Made by a program: the position numbers and the translations under genes. DNA of 64,000 nt from Octopus vulgaris (lineage: Eukaryota). The notes beneath the pieces are model-generated. The model worked only from the letters and a program-made list of their open reading frames with translations, was not told where the DNA came from and searched no databases. Positions 1 through 11,833 of this stretch are shown here, piece after piece (the first letter of the stretch is position 1; each line of letters opens with the position of its first letter). The stretch is from positions 8,432,001 through 8,496,000 of the forward strand of contig OX597825.1 of the NCBI GenBank assembly GCA_951406725.2. The letters run 5' to 3'.

Positions 1-611
1 TGCGTGCGTATGTGTGTAAGTGTTTGTGAACACGCATGTGTGTGTGTGTCAATATATTCATATTTATATATCTGAATAAATAAGTATATGTGTACATGCT
101 TTCCTTTATATGTACGTGTATATATATATATATATATATATATAGTACACAGATACTCGCAACCTAACGCTCACATAAACATATATTTAAATCGCGACAC
201 ACGCACATACAATAGGAAATAATGTTTTGGTTTGCGTGTGATTTATTGATATATGACTTACTGCTGTTACATAATGAATAAAAAAGATTTATCGATGGAA
301 AGAAAAAAAGCAGAGAGTTTCCATCCATTGATGTTGAATGCTAGTTCCTTACAAATAGATATATCTTTCGTTCGTTATTGAGTTTGGCTGTTAAGCTGTC
401 TTTTACTTCGCCCGCATCTCATAAATAATAAGCAATGATATAGCCACAAGCATTGAAGAGAGGAGTAGGCATCCGCTGTCATATTTGCTTTGATACAAGA
501 CAAACGTAGTGTATAATAAATTAATATAAGATAGTATGCAATAAATTAACTCACCACGGTTGGATATATTAGGCAGGTAGTATTCCGAACATGAGAAACA
601 GTATACGAGTG

Positions 612-687
612 TATGTATGTATGTATGTATGTATGTATGTATGTATGTATGTATGTATGTATGTATGTATGTATGTATGTATGCATG

Positions 688-761
<74 letters not shown>
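612..761. repeat. (ATGT)n + (AT)n compound microsatellite
   Basis: Directly visible tandem repeats; they explain the MYVC/IY ORFs at 613-1009. Confidence 0.95.
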
Positions 762-764
<3 letters not shown>

Positions 765-867
765 AAATAATATATATGTATGTATATTTATATATATACG
801 TATCTATAGGAATACATCCATTATACATACACACACGTCTGCGTGTATGTGCATATATACATAAATA

Positions 868-919
<52 letters not shown>

Positions 920-1290
920 TATTATAGTATTTTCTCCTGTGTGGTCTGGAAGATATTTCAATATGTATTCAAAGCGAAAGAAAATATTCATCATAAATTA
1001 TCTAATTGATGATTAAATTTAGATAATTATGAAATATTGCGTGGTAATCTTGTGTGTGTACGCTGCGAAACGTTTCAACGTCAATTAATCTCTCAAATAT
1101 ATCATGAAATTTATATACGAGATCCGTTAACCCATGCTATTTCTGCGTTTCAACTAAAATTCAACATTGAAGTAAATCCAAAAATTGGGCAGTCGATAAT
1201 TTTATATCCTTATTTCTATCTGTATGAAGTTATAGTTTTGTCTGTCTTCCATATACATACATATATACATACACAGACACACACATATAT

Positions 1291-1350
<60 letters not shown>

Positions 1351-1481
1351 CTTCTTCTCCTCCTCCTCATTATTATTATTATTATCATTATTATAATTTA
1401 CTTAAAGACCACCATACACGTATTTAACCGCTACGAATATTTATCTTTCAATAGTTTTTGGTGAATTTTCTATCACAGAAG

Positions 1482-1516
<35 letters not shown>

Positions 1517-1980
1517 GGAAAGGTTGAAACAGCTACTCCCTGGAGAGAAGACGGAAGAGGTATGCAGTAATATATATCTGGAAGATCCTGGAAGTAATTG
1601 TGTCAAATTTTGGCATTGAAAGCTACACCAATAACAAAACGTTACGACACTGCATGGTGCCAAAGGTCCCAGCAATGCCATCACGCTACAGGACCAGTTA
1701 CTGCAACAGCCTGGGTTTCAAGGGCCCACAGCTTTTTAACATTCTCCCAAAGAGTCTGAGGAAATTCCACAAATTAGATGTAGGGGTTTTTAAATCAAAG
1801 CTGGACATCTTCCTGTCGAGAGTCACAGATGAGCCTACCGCACGACAAGAGGTGCAAATGAGAGTAGCTATATCAAACCCCATTCTTCATCAAGTACCAC
1901 ACATTAGAGGAGGCTCCTAGTAATAACAGTGTAGCGCAAAACAGCGGTGTATCAGAATGGCCGCAGATCTTAGCTGAAAC

Positions 1981-1983
<3 letters not shown>
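1517..1983 (+). mobile_element. 3' fragment of a CR1/L2-group LINE (ORF2 C-terminus), decayed
   Basis: Translation across frameshifts gives ERLKQL..SLERRRKRYAVIYIWKIL...NSLGFKGPQLFNILPKSLR...FKSKLDIFLSRVTDEP, the typical CR1-like ORF2 tail (SLExRR / LxNxLP / FKxxLD). Flanked on both sides by (TA)n. Confidence 0.8.
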
Positions 1984-2020
<37 letters not shown>

Positions 2021-2029
2021 GCATACATA

Positions 2030-2081
2030 GCAAAAACTGTCCGACGAACGGAAACGGGAAACTCAGAGTAACAGGTTTTGT
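2030..2081 (+). ncRNA. Type I hammerhead ribozyme-like motif in a short PLE-tail-like element (about 2021-2180)
   Basis: GCAAAAACTGT-CCGACGA-A-CG GAAA CG-G-GAAA-CTC A GAG-TA-ACAGGTTTTGT. Helix I is 10/11 bp, the core is CCGACGA (U4C), helix III is ACTC/GAGT and the cleavage triplet is GUA. Confidence 0.7.
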
Positions 2082-2179
2082 TGAATTTTCTGCTGCTTTA
2101 AATAAAGCATATTACTCTACCACTGGTATTTGAGTACTCTTTTTTCCACCTTGTTTCAAATTTATGTGTTTACTCCGGG

Positions 2180-2313
<134 letters not shown>

Positions 2314-2315
2314 GC

Positions 2316-2363
<48 letters not shown>

Positions 2364-2711
2364 ATTTGAATTATATATGTATATATATATATGCATAAAT
2401 TCATTCCTACATATGTATGGAAATTCTTATAGTTAGGTGTAAAATTTAAATTGTACGCTGAATATCCCTTATGTAAACGTCCGTATTTATATATGAATAT
2501 CTGTATAAATGAAGAAAGATACCCATAATTGGAGTCAGCCTTGAGAATAATTTTCATTATGGTACACGCAATATTTTGTTAGAATCTGAAAAAGTTTCTA
2601 AGTAAATGAGTGTATAGAGAATATAAGTGACAGAGTAGATTATTCAGTTAAACTACCTTACACAGATTTCATTAACACAGTGGGATAATTGAATATATAA
2701 TATCAAGTGCA

Positions 2712-3714
2712 GAACAACCTAACACCGCTTACTCACCACCGCCGACTCAACGCCAGGAAAACTGAATACCAAGGCAACTTAATATCAGGAAATTTAGTTA
2801 ATAAATAATTTATTCCTTTTATAACATTATCAGGTATTTATAAAAGGTTAATTTAATACATGGCATACATTTTAAAATTAGAATTAATGTAATTGAAATA
2901 CTATTCATTTTTAGCACAAGGCTAAAATTTAAATGAGAAATTTAATGAAAGTTGTATGCAATTCCCTTCAAATATTCTGTAGGCGATTGTTCTGAAATAG
3001 ATGAAACAATAAGCAGAATTCTACCCGCTGCCTTCATATAATTCTTCAGTTTAGCGGGAAGGGGGGCGGGTAACCGCTTATCAGTTGCTCAAAAAATGCA
3101 TCTCGGTTTCTTTGCACCTTATGCAGCCAATTTATGATTTTCTATATTGTGGGATGCTTCGTCCCAGCTTTGTTTGGCTAAGAATTTCCATTTTGGGTGT
3201 GATGAATTATTTAAATATATATTCACGAATCCAGCTTTAAAAATTTCCGTGACTGCCAACATCGGTAGAAAATATGAATTCTTGGTATTCCTTCTTTGAA
3301 TGGTTTAGAGCAATTTAAAATACCTTCGGCTCCAGCTAAATAGGCCGTTGTGACCAATAAACTACTGAAACAACCTGCTAAATTGATGAAGATTGCGCCG
3401 ATCGTGAAGCAAACAAATCATTGTTCCGGAACAAGCACACACATACAGACGCACACACAAACACACACATATATATACAATTTTAGTCTTTATAAATTAC
3501 TTTTATTCGAATTTTAAAAGTTCTGCTTTTTTTTATTCAAGCCATGTATTAAGATTAATCTCTTTATAAATTTCTGATAATATTATAAAACGAATAAATT
3601 ATTTATTAATCGATTATCCTGGTGTTGAGTTGTCTTAATATTCAATTGTCTCAGTGTTGAGTTGTCCTGGCGATGAGTTGGCGGCGTTGATTTTGTGGTG
3701 GTGAGTTGTCCCTA
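2712..3714 (-). mobile_element. Decayed MULE/MuDR-like DNA transposon with foldback-type repetitive termini
   Basis: Inverted arrays of a ~13-15 nt unit (GACAACTCAACACCAG-like) lie at 2712-2790 and 3617-3712. The minus-strand frame ending at 2942 reads EQLISGYPAPLPAKLKNYMKAAGRILLIVSSISEQSPTEYLKGIAYNFH*, resembling the C-terminus of animal MULE transposases (EYLxGIAxN). Confidence 0.65.
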
Positions 3715-4229
3715 TTCGTATAATATCAATTTGTTAATGTAATTACCCTGTATATAAAATGCAACTTAGATAATCAAACTATATCGCTAAATCTTCACAG
3801 ATGCGTAACATTATTTCTTTATATTAATGGATTAGTGGGCAGCGTTAGCAACAATGGATGTGCGAATATCTGCATGAAATAAATTTGTGAAATTTGTTTA
3901 AATTTTCTTTTCTGTAGAGTTCAAAAAGTGGGGAATAGACAGGATATTTATGCGTTGCCAGAGAGTTACCGAGTTGCTTATGTGCTTGGCTGAAGCTAAT
4001 GGGTTCCAAAGTTCATAGTATTGTATGCTTATGATTAATGAATTTATGGGGTTTTAGTCGTGGGAGCGACGGTCTATGAGGTGGGGGGATGGAAACATGC
4101 TTGAATATACTGAAAGTTACAGGTGAATACATAGCGCGCACTCTTTAATCACAGGTATACATACTTACATCCGCACAGCTACAAGCATATATGCACAGAC
4201 GCCCACACAGGCAGACACTCAACCATCTG

Positions 4230-4292
<63 letters not shown>

Positions 4293-5096
4293 GTATGCAA
4301 CTAAGCTATACTTTTACTTTGAGAGTTAATGATTTGAGCTTCGGATGTTGGAGCACCGTTTCTAGACTGACTGGCTTTTATTTCACACTAACAACATCCC
4401 GATCTCTCCAGAACTTTCTTGGGTAAAACAGCGATTTGTACGCTGTTGCTCTTGTCTGTGATTCTTGACCCGATGATGGTCCATTTGCTATCTTTGAAAA
4501 AAAATATCTTCGAACACATTTACATCTACAAGGTCTTTCAAGACAGTTTGGGATTGTTTGAGTGGAGGTTTTTGTACCTGCTCTACATTATCCTAATTTA
4601 ATATATTATTATTAATTCTCGAATAAGCTGACCTGCCAACTTTTGTTATTCCAGGTTGAAAGAGACGTTTGTAACAGCACTCTGAACGCACTTCACCAAA
4701 TACTGCTTCTCACAATGGACTAGTTTCCAAAGTACTGTCAGGAAGTGAAGTTAATTTGGAAGTTCGCTAAGCAATAAAGTTTTACGACATACATACATAC
4801 TTTTATTTTACTTTTACTATACAGAGTTAAACAGATACAAACACACCTACACAAGCACATACATTTTGTATTCCATGTTGACGTCTCAATACGAACTGAT
4901 ATATAAAGTTTATATTTATGAACACGAAAATTCAAAGAGAATACGTGATAATGCAGGTACTGGTTTTAAATATTGGTACAATGTGGGCAATTATGGTTGA
5001 GGGATTAAGTCGATTACATCAACACTAGTGCTCAACTGGCATATGTTTCATCGAAAGTTTCGCGCCTTGTGCCTAGAGTACAAAAGAATAATTAAA

Positions 5097-5278
5097 AAGG
5101 CGGCGAACCGGCAAAAACCTTAGCACGCGGGGCGAAATATTAAGTGGTATTTCGTCTGCCTTTACGTTCTAAGTTCAAGTTCCGTCGAGGTCGACTTTGC
5201 CTTTCCTCCTTTCGGGGTTGATCTAAGCGACTGACTCCCTCTTCCAAAGTTTCGGGCCTTGTACCTCGAGTAGAAAAG
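5097..5278 (+). mobile_element. tRNA-derived SINE, family B (internally deleted copy)
   Basis: AAGGCGGCGAACCGGCA...GTTCAAGTTCCGTCGAGGTCGACTTTGCCTTTC matches the copies at 31474, 35087 and 63155. Confidence 0.8.
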
Positions 5279-6130
5279 AAGAAAAAAGAGAATGAGCGTA
5301 TATAAGTGTGGAAGTATGGTTCTGATACTTGAGCTATAATAAACAGTGCTGATAAAATCTAGATGTCAGCACAGGGGTTCGATAGCCCTGGAGCAAATGA
5401 ACGCCCTTTACACACATATACTGTGGCGTAGACGATCTCAGGTCTGTGTCATTCAGAAATGAACACCGTGAGTATTTCTTCAAGTTCGTTCTTATCTGTC
5501 TGTATTGAAGTCGATTCTTTCAAGGATAAGAAGCAGTGTCTTTACCAACTCCACCGCAATCCACACCCACAGACGCAAAATATATGGAAAACGAATATTA
5601 TAGACGTCATCGTAACATAAATTTACGTATAATTTATTAATTATTTATCAGACAGCTACAAGTCTGTTAATGATTTCTATAGCATTCCATAAAAATATTT
5701 ATGTGTTTGTATTTTTATTTAAAAAAAAAATCATTTTGAAAATGAAAATTTTGAGAAAGAATCTTTTTTATTATAAATGAAATAACATTTATCCTGAAGG
5801 TGTATTTCTAAAGAAACATAGATCTCTTGGTATTATAGGAAATCTAGAAAGTTTGTTTTGTCTCCACATATCAATACCAGGTAATTAACTCAAATATAAC
5901 ATGCCCTGATACTGTAGCACATACCTCTAGATTCATGAAAATGTGTGTCACTTCCTCTCTGTTTCAACGCCATGCATCTCTTCATATATTACCATCATAA
6001 ATATATGCACACGCAAAAAGTGGTATGTGTGTTATGTGTGTTATGTGTGTGTGTGTTGTCTAACGACACGCGTGATTTTCTTGGTTTATGTTCTTCATCC
6101 TTTTCGTCCTATCTGGTCTTTTTCCTCTCT

Positions 6131-6157
6131 CCGACGAAGACATACGCTCGAAACATC
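6131..6157 (+). ncRNA. Decayed minimal hammerhead-like motif
   Basis: CCGACGA-A-GAC ATAC GCTC-GAAACATC. Same family as 50908 and 32737; helix II and helix III each carry one lesion. Confidence 0.45.
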
Positions 6158-6291
6158 ATTCTCATATTCCCATATGAATCTCTCAGTGAGCGGACATCAA
6201 TTTCGTATGTAATCTGCCTACATTTAATTGATGATTTTTTTTGTTTTGTCATCTTTCATTTCTTCTTTTATGTTTTGCTTGTACATATACT

Positions 6292-6324
<33 letters not shown>

Positions 6325-6494
6325 TTGTGCGTGTGTTTGCGTGCGCGCGCATAATAAGGGTGGCTTATTCGCAGCTTTACAACCGAAAGGCAGAAATATA
6401 TACGTCACTAAATTGACTAAGGACGATAGTCAGCACCAGTATTGCTAGAAATAGCAGTCAAAACAACACATAGGAACGAGAAAGCACTTATTTT

Positions 6495-7260
6495 AATGAT
6501 TGTGATTTTTCAAGGTGAAAACGGATGGGGAACAGTGTATGTTTCGGTCCTGTCCTCTAGTCTAAGTTTGAAGACGAGGTCTCTATTTTTGCGGTTGATT
6601 TCTTTCAATGCCCAGTAGGGTACAATTCTGTAGGCGTTGTGTAGTTGTTCAACTCTCAGTTTTTATCGGGGGGGAACAGTGTATAAATTGCCTGTCTTGT
6701 CAGTCTGGACGAGGATTCCGGGTATTTCTGAATGTTTTCTTTTTATTTTTGGTAAATAATTGTAGGGTGGAAGGTGTTTGTAAAGCCATTTAAGAAACAC
6801 ACAAAAGCCGTTCGATTCACTTCAACATTTAAGTTTAATTTGTCAAAATATTTTCGTCGCTTTAAGACCACGACCTGTTCACTGACAAAAATCCGTGCTG
6901 CATCTGCCAAAAGCAACAACATTTTTTGGGGTAATCTTATCGATTTTGGGTAGGCGGGGATTGGTTGCTTTTCTTTTGGGTATATTATATTTCTGACCAT
7001 ATTGATATGGTATTGTTCAAGATGTCGATCTACTGGTGGGTTTTTGCAAAATCTAAATTCGTAGCTTGGGTTATCAGAGTTATAGAGGAAGTGCGGAGGG
7101 AGGAGTGGGCTTTTCATCAAGTCTTTCAAATCAATTCGTCAGCAGCGTGAATAAGTTTCATGTGCTCATTTTTGCTGGTAAGTGGTATATCCTTAAGCGA
7201 CAGCTTAATTTCATTTTCTCCACTTCCGTATCTCCTACACAGTTGGCGTTCACTAGAATA
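6495..7260 (-). pseudogene. Decayed Penelope-like element ORF (N-terminal to RT region)
   Basis: Minus-strand translation with stops and frameshifts: SLKDIPLTSKNEHMKL...YEFRFCKNPP...MVRNIIY...ILVQTDKTGNLYTVPPDK...LEDRTETY...FTLKNH. This matches the PLE motifs NIPxPSK, DKTxNLY and FxTLKxH. Confidence 0.7.
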
Positions 7261-7328
7261 GGAAGGAGTGATATATAAATGTAAGATCCAGGGATCGATA
7301 TGGAAGAGGAAATCTTAGAAATATCCAT

Positions 7329-7724
7329 ACTCTATTTACTTGTTTCAGTCATTTGACTGCGGCCATGCTGGAGCACCGCCTTTAGTCGAGCAAATCGACC
7401 CCGGGACTTATTCTTTGTAAGCCCAGTACTTATTTTATCGCACTCTTATGCCGAACCGCTAAGTGACGGGGACGTAAACACACCAGCATTGGTTGTCAAG
7501 CAATGCTAGGGGGACAAACACAGACACACAAACACACACACACACATATATACATATATACGACAGGCTTCTTTCAGTTTCCGTCTACCAAATCCACTCA
7601 CAAGGCATTGGTCGGCCCGGGGCTACAGCAGAAGACACTTGCCCAAGATGCCACGCAGCGGGACTGAACCCGGAACCATGTGGTTGTTTAGCAAGTTACT
7701 TACCACACAGCCACTCCTGCGCCT
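7329..7724 (-). mobile_element. tRNA-derived SINE, family A (full length)
   Basis: Head AGGCGCAGGAGTGGCTGTGTGGTAAG with a B-box-like GGTTCAGTCCC, an internal (TG/TA) tract and tail CAAATGACTGAAACAAGTAAA. Near-identical to 58323-58725. Confidence 0.9.
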
Positions 7725-8011
7725 ATAGTGAATATAAACAACAACTTTCAGGAAAAATAGTAGTCTATTGAGATGGAAGGTAGCGGATTTCTTTCCTTTT
7801 ACCGAAAAACGATGAGATGAAAAACATTTTTTTTCATATTTCCTCGGTAGGCAAACAGGGTTGTTGAGTGTGCAGAAAAGAATACAAGAGTTACGGAATG
7901 AAATATCGGAAATCCGGGAACTGTATGTTTCATAGCGAGTGGAACCTCAGAAGTGGTAAAATTCAAGTGGGGTGTACACCGCCGGTCATTCTTCAGGCTA
8001 AGGATATATAT

Positions 8012-8180
8012 AGGCGTAGGAGTGGCTGTGTGGTAAGTAGCTTGCTTACAGGCCCCATGGTTCTGGGTTCAGTTGCACAGCGTGGCATCTTGGGCAAGTG
8101 TCTTCTAATATAGCCTCTGGCCGACCAAAGCCTTGTGAGAGGATTTGGTAGACGGATACTGAAAGAAGCTCGTCGTATTT

Positions 8181-8239
<59 letters not shown>

Positions 8240-8440
8240 GTTTGTGTGTCTCTGTTTCTTCCCCCAACATCGCTTGACAACCGATAGTGGTGTGTTTACG
8301 TATCCGTAACTTAGCGGTTCGGAAAAAAAAAGAGACCGATAGAATAAGTGCTAGGCTTACAAAGAAGAAGTGCTGTGGTCGATTTGCTCGACTAAAACGC
8401 GTTGCTCCAGCATGGCCACAGTCAACTGACTGAAAAAGAG
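8012..8440 (+). mobile_element. tRNA-derived SINE, family A
   Basis: Same head, body and tail as 7329-7724, in the opposite orientation. Confidence 0.9.
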
Positions 8441-8464
8441 TATATATACCTATATGTGTGTGTA

Positions 8465-8510
<46 letters not shown>

Positions 8511-8901
8511 TCACACGCACTCAGGTTCCTAACAATTATATCTGCACACGTTGACTATCTGTAATGTATTTATGGGAATATATTTCATTTGCAAAATTTA
8601 AATGTTAATATAATTTCTAGAGATAATCTAATTAGTTTCTGAACACCTGTTTTCAAACTGATGTCTGTTCTCTTTCAGGTTTTACTGATAATATGAAGCA
8701 ATAGGATCGGAAGCGTCAAAGAATATGTTGTCTGGGTTTTGTGCGCAATATCCTTCAATGACTACCTTCAGTACTTTAACCATTGGTAGATTTTTACCGT
8801 AAGCTTTATTCTGTGGCATGTATTCTACTAATCTATTTTGTCCAACACACCTGTTCGGCACTAACTTAAAGTAATCCATTAAATTACTATTGTCTGTATT
8901 C

Positions 8902-9587
8902 AGGAACGTTTCTCGTGGACATTTGACGTGGTTATTGTGGTTCAAACTCGTTTATATTCCGAGTGATGCTAACGTCACGTATGTGGAACGGTTTGAAACA
9001 CCTTCCTACTCTACCTTGCTCGAAATAAACCCCACATCTTCAAAACCGTTGATGTCATGTAAGGCCAGATTGTTGCAGTAAGTCCAAGCAAATGGGACCA
9101 GTCTCAGTTGCTTAAAATCAGTGCCCCAATTGAACCTTTTAATAAGCCACATTGTTCGGCAACTCCTCATTAGTTATATAGAATTCCCCCACAATATGCG
9201 GATTCTCAGGTCCCCACTTTGAATTTAAATTGTCCTTACCTTATCAAACCATCTTTCTTGGAAAGTATGCCCATTCTATGCACTTCGTTACAGGCCACTT
9301 GTAAAATCCCACTTTGATCCAAATCTTCTTCATTGAGACCATGGGCTATTCTTGAGATGCCCTTTTTCCAGATGCACCTTCACAATCAAATGGACGCTTC
9401 ACACGACTCGCTCCTCGTACAGACTTTCTTGTTCTCTGACAAAACGTTCCTAACGCCCTTTCTTGCTGATGTCTTTTGTGAGGTATGTTTCTGGTGGACA
9501 TTGTGACCTGTTACTGTGGTTCAGACTCGTTTATATTCCGAGTGATGCTAACGTTACGTAGGTGGAACTGTTCAGAACACCTTCCTA
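8902..9587. repeat. ~107 bp diverged direct repeat pair (8902-9008 and 9481-9587)
   Basis: Both copies contain ACTCGTTTATATTCCGAGTGATGCTAACGT and end in AACACCTTCCTA. Confidence 0.85.
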
Positions 9588-10371
9588 AACCTTTTTCATA
9601 ATTTAACAACATTTACAAAGTTTTAATTAAACTTTAGGATGAATTTACTCTGTTCAAATAGTAGTCTGGCTTCAATCATTATTTCTGCTTGATTAAATCT
9701 AAAAAGAAATTAATATTAAGTGAATCATGAGCACTTCACAGGTATATGTATTGTTGGGCACATTCTGTATATGCATGTATGCATGTGCATGTCTGTATGT
9801 GCGTATGTGTGGCGCGCGCGCATGCGTGTGTGTATTTGTGTGTGCTTGTCTGTGAGTTCATATGAAAGACTATACGATGTTTTCAGTGAATTCGACAGTG
9901 TGCAGTTAATTTGAATTCCATTGAAGCTAATTTTACAATTACATTCTATTCGATAACTAAAATATGTAAATAAAATTCTTAGATTTATTAAAACTTATCG
10001 GAATATTTCCTCCATGATGAATATATCGCACACTTATTAATGAATATTGACGTTAAATAAAATACGGTCTGACTCAGATTTAAGATTTGATTATACATTG
10101 CAATTAATGAATACATTTTGGATAATATATTCTATTTTCAGGTTTAAATACATTCATTTATATATATTTATATTAAGATGTTCTTTTACTTTAATTTTGT
10201 TAATTCTCTTGGTAGAGTATAATATGGCCAAACGGATTCTTTAATTGCTTATTTCATATAGTGTCTATATATATCAATGATTGTAGTGACCTTCTTGAGA
10301 ACAATCTGATTACCATGTACGGAGGCATATCATGTGACTTACTACATTTTCACTCTTACTAATTACTATAA

Positions 10372-10420
10372 CCAATGCCGCAAATAAGTATGCGATGACG
10401 TCATAGAAGCTGCGACGTCA
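10372..10420 (+). promoter_or_regulatory. Putative TSSK proximal promoter: CCAAT box plus CRE palindrome and a second near-CRE
   Basis: CCAAT at 10372-10376, TGACGTCA at 10396-10403 and CGACGTCA at 10413-10420, about 230-280 bp upstream of the ATG. Confidence 0.5.
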
Positions 10421-10648
10421 ATATATTTCATATAATGCAATAATCAAAGCGACCATTTTGGCGACCTCGTCAATAGTGGAGTATAATCCAGTTTCTAAGC
10501 TAAAGTGGAAATACTCACACAATATTATGAAACATGGGTCATACATGACAATTGATATGTAAAATGATTCATCCATGAAATCTGTAGTTTTTCCTAAACT
10601 GTTTAACACCTTTTCGTATAAAACCTTCAAAGTCAGTAACATCTTAAA

Positions 10649-11554
10649 ATGAAACGAACAAGTAATCGGTTCGAAATTGATGAGAACGAGCATCTTAAGA
10701 AGTATGGTTACACTATTCTGTCAACGCTAGATGAAGGGTCATTTGCAAAAGTCAAAGAAGGTTACGACGAAAACAATAAAAGGAAAGCGGCAATTAAGAT
10801 TATAGATGAAAGAGTTGTGAGGAAAAATTTCAAAGTGAAATTTCTTCCCCGAGAATTGGCCATATTTCCTTTGCTAGATCATCCTAATATCATTAAGCTA
10901 TTTCATGAAATTCGTGTGGGCCATAAGATTTATGTAGTAATGGAGTTTGCAGGACATGGTAACTTACTCGACTATGTCGAACTTCATGGTGGACTTTTAG
11001 AACCGAAATCCAAAGCATTTTTCTCCTCGATTTTAAGCGCAATATCGTACATGCACAGTAAACAAATTGTACATAGAGATATAAAATGTGAAAATATTCT
11101 ACTGAACAGAGAGAACGAAGTTAAGGTCAGTGATTTTGGTTTTGCTCGTGAAATTAAAGAGGGACAACTAAGTTCCACATTTTGTGGCAGTATGGCCTAT
11201 TCATGTCCAGAGATCTTGCAGAAGAAGCCCTACTATCCTATGTCGGCTGACGCTTGGGCACTTGGTATTGTTCTGTTCAAAATGGTATTTAATAGATTCC
11301 CGTACAAATCGCACGATATGAATAACATAATTAAAATGCAAACAGAAAAGAAGTTTACTTTTCCTAAAGTTGTTTCCTATTCGCTTCAAGATATGATCAA
11401 TAATATTTTAGAACCGCAGCTAGATAAGAGGTTTGGTGTAACAGACATCATTAGTCATACATGGATAAAATACGTATACGCCGAAGAAAATAGTCATAAA
11501 GCGGAAGCTGTAGAAAGACCTGCCAACACTGAAACTGTGGCTGCTGCAGAATGA
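10649..11554 (+). CDS. TSSK: Testis-specific serine/threonine kinase family protein (CAMK group), intronless, 301 aa
   Basis: Complete kinase domain in one ORF: EGSFAKVK, AAIK, the TSSK-typical KFLPRE, HRDIKCEN, DFGFA, activation loop STFCGSMAYSCPE and DAWALG. The paralog number cannot be assigned by eye. Confidence 0.92.
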   Translation: MKRTSNRFEIDENEHLKKYGYTILSTLDEGSFAKVKEGYDENNKRKAAIKIIDERVVRKNFKVKFLPRELAIFPLLDHPNIIKLFHEIRVGHKIYVVMEFAGHGNLLDYVELHGGLLEPKSKAFFSSILSAISYMHSKQIVHRDIKCENILLNRENEVKVSDFGFAREIKEGQLSSTFCGSMAYSCPEILQKKPYYPMSADAWALGIVLFKMVFNRFPYKSHDMNNIIKMQTEKKFTFPKVVSYSLQDMINNILEPQLDKRFGVTDIISHTWIKYVYAEENSHKAEAVERPANTETVAAAE

Positions 11555-11827
11555 CCTGAGATCCATCCCTCTCAGATATGTATATAGGTATCAATTCTCT
11601 GAAGCTTTCGAGGTTATGATTTCCAATATATATTGAAATATGATTCGTAATCTCATCAATATAATTATGACAGTAATCATAATCGCGTAATCTGCTTATT
11701 GAGAATAGCGGACGAATAATATATTTTATGGATTTATTTATTTACCTATCTATTTCTATTTAACAATATATATTGATGAAACTTTTATCTAATTGAACGA
11801 TCGTAATTTAAGTGAATATGCATTTAC

Positions 11828-11833
11828 AATAAA
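11828..11833 (+). terminator. Candidate polyadenylation signal of the TSSK gene
   Basis: First AATAAA seen after the stop codon (about 275 nt downstream), followed by T-rich sequence. Confidence 0.45.

Noticed and set aside
2712-3714. CRISPR-like short repeat arrays
   Set aside because: The context is eukaryotic, there are no unique spacers or cas genes, and transposon termini explain them better.
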